From the NCBI GenBank assembly GCA_047495785.1, contig JBLDXI010000058.1, positions 186,001 to 250,000 on the forward strand: DNA of 64,000 bases, in the 5' to 3' direction. A program made the position numbers and the translations under genes. This document shows positions 61,601 to 64,000 of this stretch, in pieces; position 1 is the stretch's first letter, and the number at the start of each line of letters is the position of its first letter. A model generated the notes under the pieces. The model was not told the origin of the DNA. It made no database searches and saw nothing but the letters and a program-made list of their open reading frames with translations. Origin of the DNA: Lepidodermella squamata (Eukaryota > Animalia > Gastrotricha).

Positions 61601-62288
61601 ATTCGAATTTATAAAAATTTTATATAACAAGATAATATATTCGGGTAAAAACAGTCGCCAAGTCATCTTAAAAGTCTCGTTCAAATTATAGGTAAATATA
61701 ATTGCAAAATAAAATTTTCGTACCAAATTTAAAGGTAAATAGGTTAATTGGAAACTATCTTTCTCTCATTCAACATAATATAATTCAGGCACAACCAAGA
61801 TTTTATCAGATAGGTGAAAGGATAACATATGAATATTTATAATCTGAACATAACACAGGTGGGTTTAAAAGAAATTATACTAGTATAGTTATGCATCTGT
61901 AACGGTCATCATCGTCGGCTAGTTGGTCCACTCGACGCTAAAAAATCATTCTACGGTCGATAACAGGCACTAGATCATAGCAGCACACGCATATAGTGGT
62001 ATCGATATCAAAGAAAGACGTGCACTGCGAACTAGCAATTCGTTAAATTTGCAACTCAAATTTGCAACTGAAACAGGCACAATATGTCAGCTATGATACA
62101 ACGGCCACAAGACGAGAACAGAAATGCAGAGGTTGCGCGAAATTGCAACAGCAAACAAATAATGATGGCTCAAGATCGGAAGTGAAGATGATTGACAAAG
62201 ATTTTTTATGCAGAAGCTGCGAAGGATAAATTCGCGGGAATAAAGGCACAATGCATCACAATATAGTCAGCTCCCAGAATAAATCATT

Positions 62289-64000
62289 TCAAATCCGCGA
62301 CGCTGATAGAGTCACGCCGCCGACCGACACGTCATATGGGTTTTGCTGCTGACCATTCGGCCCGCTGTATGCGACTACAGGGGGTCTCCCGTTGGTTCCA
62401 GCCGGCGTGGTCGGTTTCGCTGATGAAAATATGTTCCTTGCAGATGCGAAGGTTCGCCGGAAAAATTCACCGCTGTCCGCGAGAAGACGAGCCGGGCGAT
62501 GTTCCACCAGCCATATACCTGCGCGAGAACCCGGGTGACGATGGGCGTAGACCACCCATCCCACGCAAAGACCGACAGCAGCGAGTATCGCCAGAACGAT
62601 AAGAATTATAAGAATCGCCCAGGCGCCGCCGGACGTTGATCCGGAGGCGGAAGAGCTAGAGTCAGATGATGCCAGCGAGGTCGGCTGGGAGAACAAGTTG
62701 ACACCCTCTCGTTGACTGAACGGCAGAGCAGCACAATCGATACGCTGCGTGACATTCTGAACATCACATTGGGCGTCCATCCACGATTTGCGACCTCTAT
62801 CGAAGCCGAAAGAGCAGCGCCGTAGGTTGGGACACCAAGCGCATTTGAAAGCCAGGTTTGGGGCTGGCGTGAGACAACTGGAGCATGTGGTCAACTGGAT
62901 GCAAGTTGGCAGCGGAGTCATGACAACGGCAGATCGCGACTTCACCCATTCGTTAGGTATCCGAGTTTCCGAATAGACGTGCATAGTTTGGAAGCTCGTC
63001 CCGGTAACGCCATCTTTTCGCTCGGAAGAGTACGCATCTGATAGGCTAATCTGTGGTTTCAAATCAGGGGTTTAACTTGATTTCTAGATAAACCGAGCGA
63101 ATTTACCTCAACAGGGTGTTTTGATTGTGAAATTTGAGAAATGCTTATCTGAATGATCATAATCAAGTTGAATAGATGCAGTGATAACAAAATACTCACC
63201 GGTATGTCTTTGTATGCAAATACTATCCGCCCATCGCGATAAATGTGAGTTTGGAACCGGAACGGGATACTTGGGCTCTCTTGTAAGACAACGTCTCGCC
63301 ACTCAACAACGAGCATCGATTCGTTCGCGAAATACAGGAGCCTATCGCTAGAGGAAAGGCTGAAATCGAAATTCGCCATGAGGGGTGCGATGAACTGCGA
63401 GAAGGTGAGTAATCTAGGATTCAGTACCTGAGAGAAAATCATATACATTTCTCTTCTCAACCATCGGCGAAATAGAAGACTTACCTCCCCTACATAGATG
63501 AAACCACCAGTTGCGATGACAACACGCTTTACTGGGTGGCCGTAGAAAGGAAATGTGAACTTCAAATCAACAACGGCTGCTGTCCGGTAAGAAACGGAGA
63601 GCTTGTCGTGAGATAGAGCCAAAACATTGGAAACATTAGTCGGGACAGAGCTTGGAACTTTGCCGAAATATAGCTCAATCCATAAGCGGTCGAAATCGTC
63701 AAACAGTTGAGTTGTGTAAAAAGTGTGCGGGTCTACGATAGGCAATGGTGTAGTAGTCGATGATGAAAGGCTCCAAGTGGAAATTGCAGGATTGGAAGTC
63801 GTGGTGCTGGAGGCTAAATTGGTTTCGTTTATTGCCGAAGAAGTTGAGTTATTGCCTGTTTCCACTACGGCCTGTCGCCGATTTCGAATGTTCACATCTG
63901 AAATGAAAAAACGCATGATTGGACCGCGATTGTAAAAATGTATTGCTTACTTGAGAAATCTTGTTGCACGCTAAGAATGTCGTACGAGTCACCGAGAGCA
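62289..64000 (-). CDS. PLXDC2: Plexin domain-containing protein (PLXDC1/2, TEM7-like), 3' part
   Basis: NIDO-like F.FPFYGH...IATGGFIY.GE...QFIAPLMANFD, LSDAY, PSI PLPTCIQLTTCSSC...CAWC..LRRCS.GFDR.R..W...C, TM followed by YAHRHP.S..G..L.E.RP. Confidence 0.9.

Noticed and set aside
1-64000. CRISPR arrays, rRNA, tRNA, prokaryotic systems or horizontally transferred genes
   Set aside because: None seen. All recognisable genes are intron-containing animal-type genes, and the repeats are coding repeats, microsatellites or TE termini.

Overview
Gene-dense DNA from a compact invertebrate animal genome with GT-AG introns mostly 48-65 nt. CFAP69 implies motile cilia or flagella. About 20 protein-coding genes can be reconstructed by hand. 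Conserved genes: KMT2E/MLL5 (5' part), TPK1, TATDN2-like, PAF1, CFAP69, MFSD6-like, a C-type-lectin receptor, two tandem cytochrome c genes, integrin beta, TMEM198-like, SDF4/Cab45, MRPS22, a GALNT, RBMS/shep and PLXDC (3' part). Unrecognised genes: a small basic ORF and two adjacent very large (~1500 and ~1800 aa) single-pass membrane proteins. Several MITEs and hAT, LINE and LTR relics lie in introns and intergenic DNA. Main points of interest: (1) the two orphan membrane proteins appear to be paralogs, sharing an N-terminal P-x-Y-xx-D-xx-G-xxxx-WCP motif, a TM+CCC segment and a C-terminal FPW motif around divergent Pro/Lys/Glu-rich tails; (2) operon-like co-directional gene pairs (83-196 nt stop-to-start) with splice acceptors just before the ATG, suggesting polycistronic transcription with SL trans-splicing; (3) a divergent 5-exon cytochrome c next to the canonical copy; (4) a non-GT intron in the GALNT gene. 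All exon structures were inferred by eye and no searches were run.
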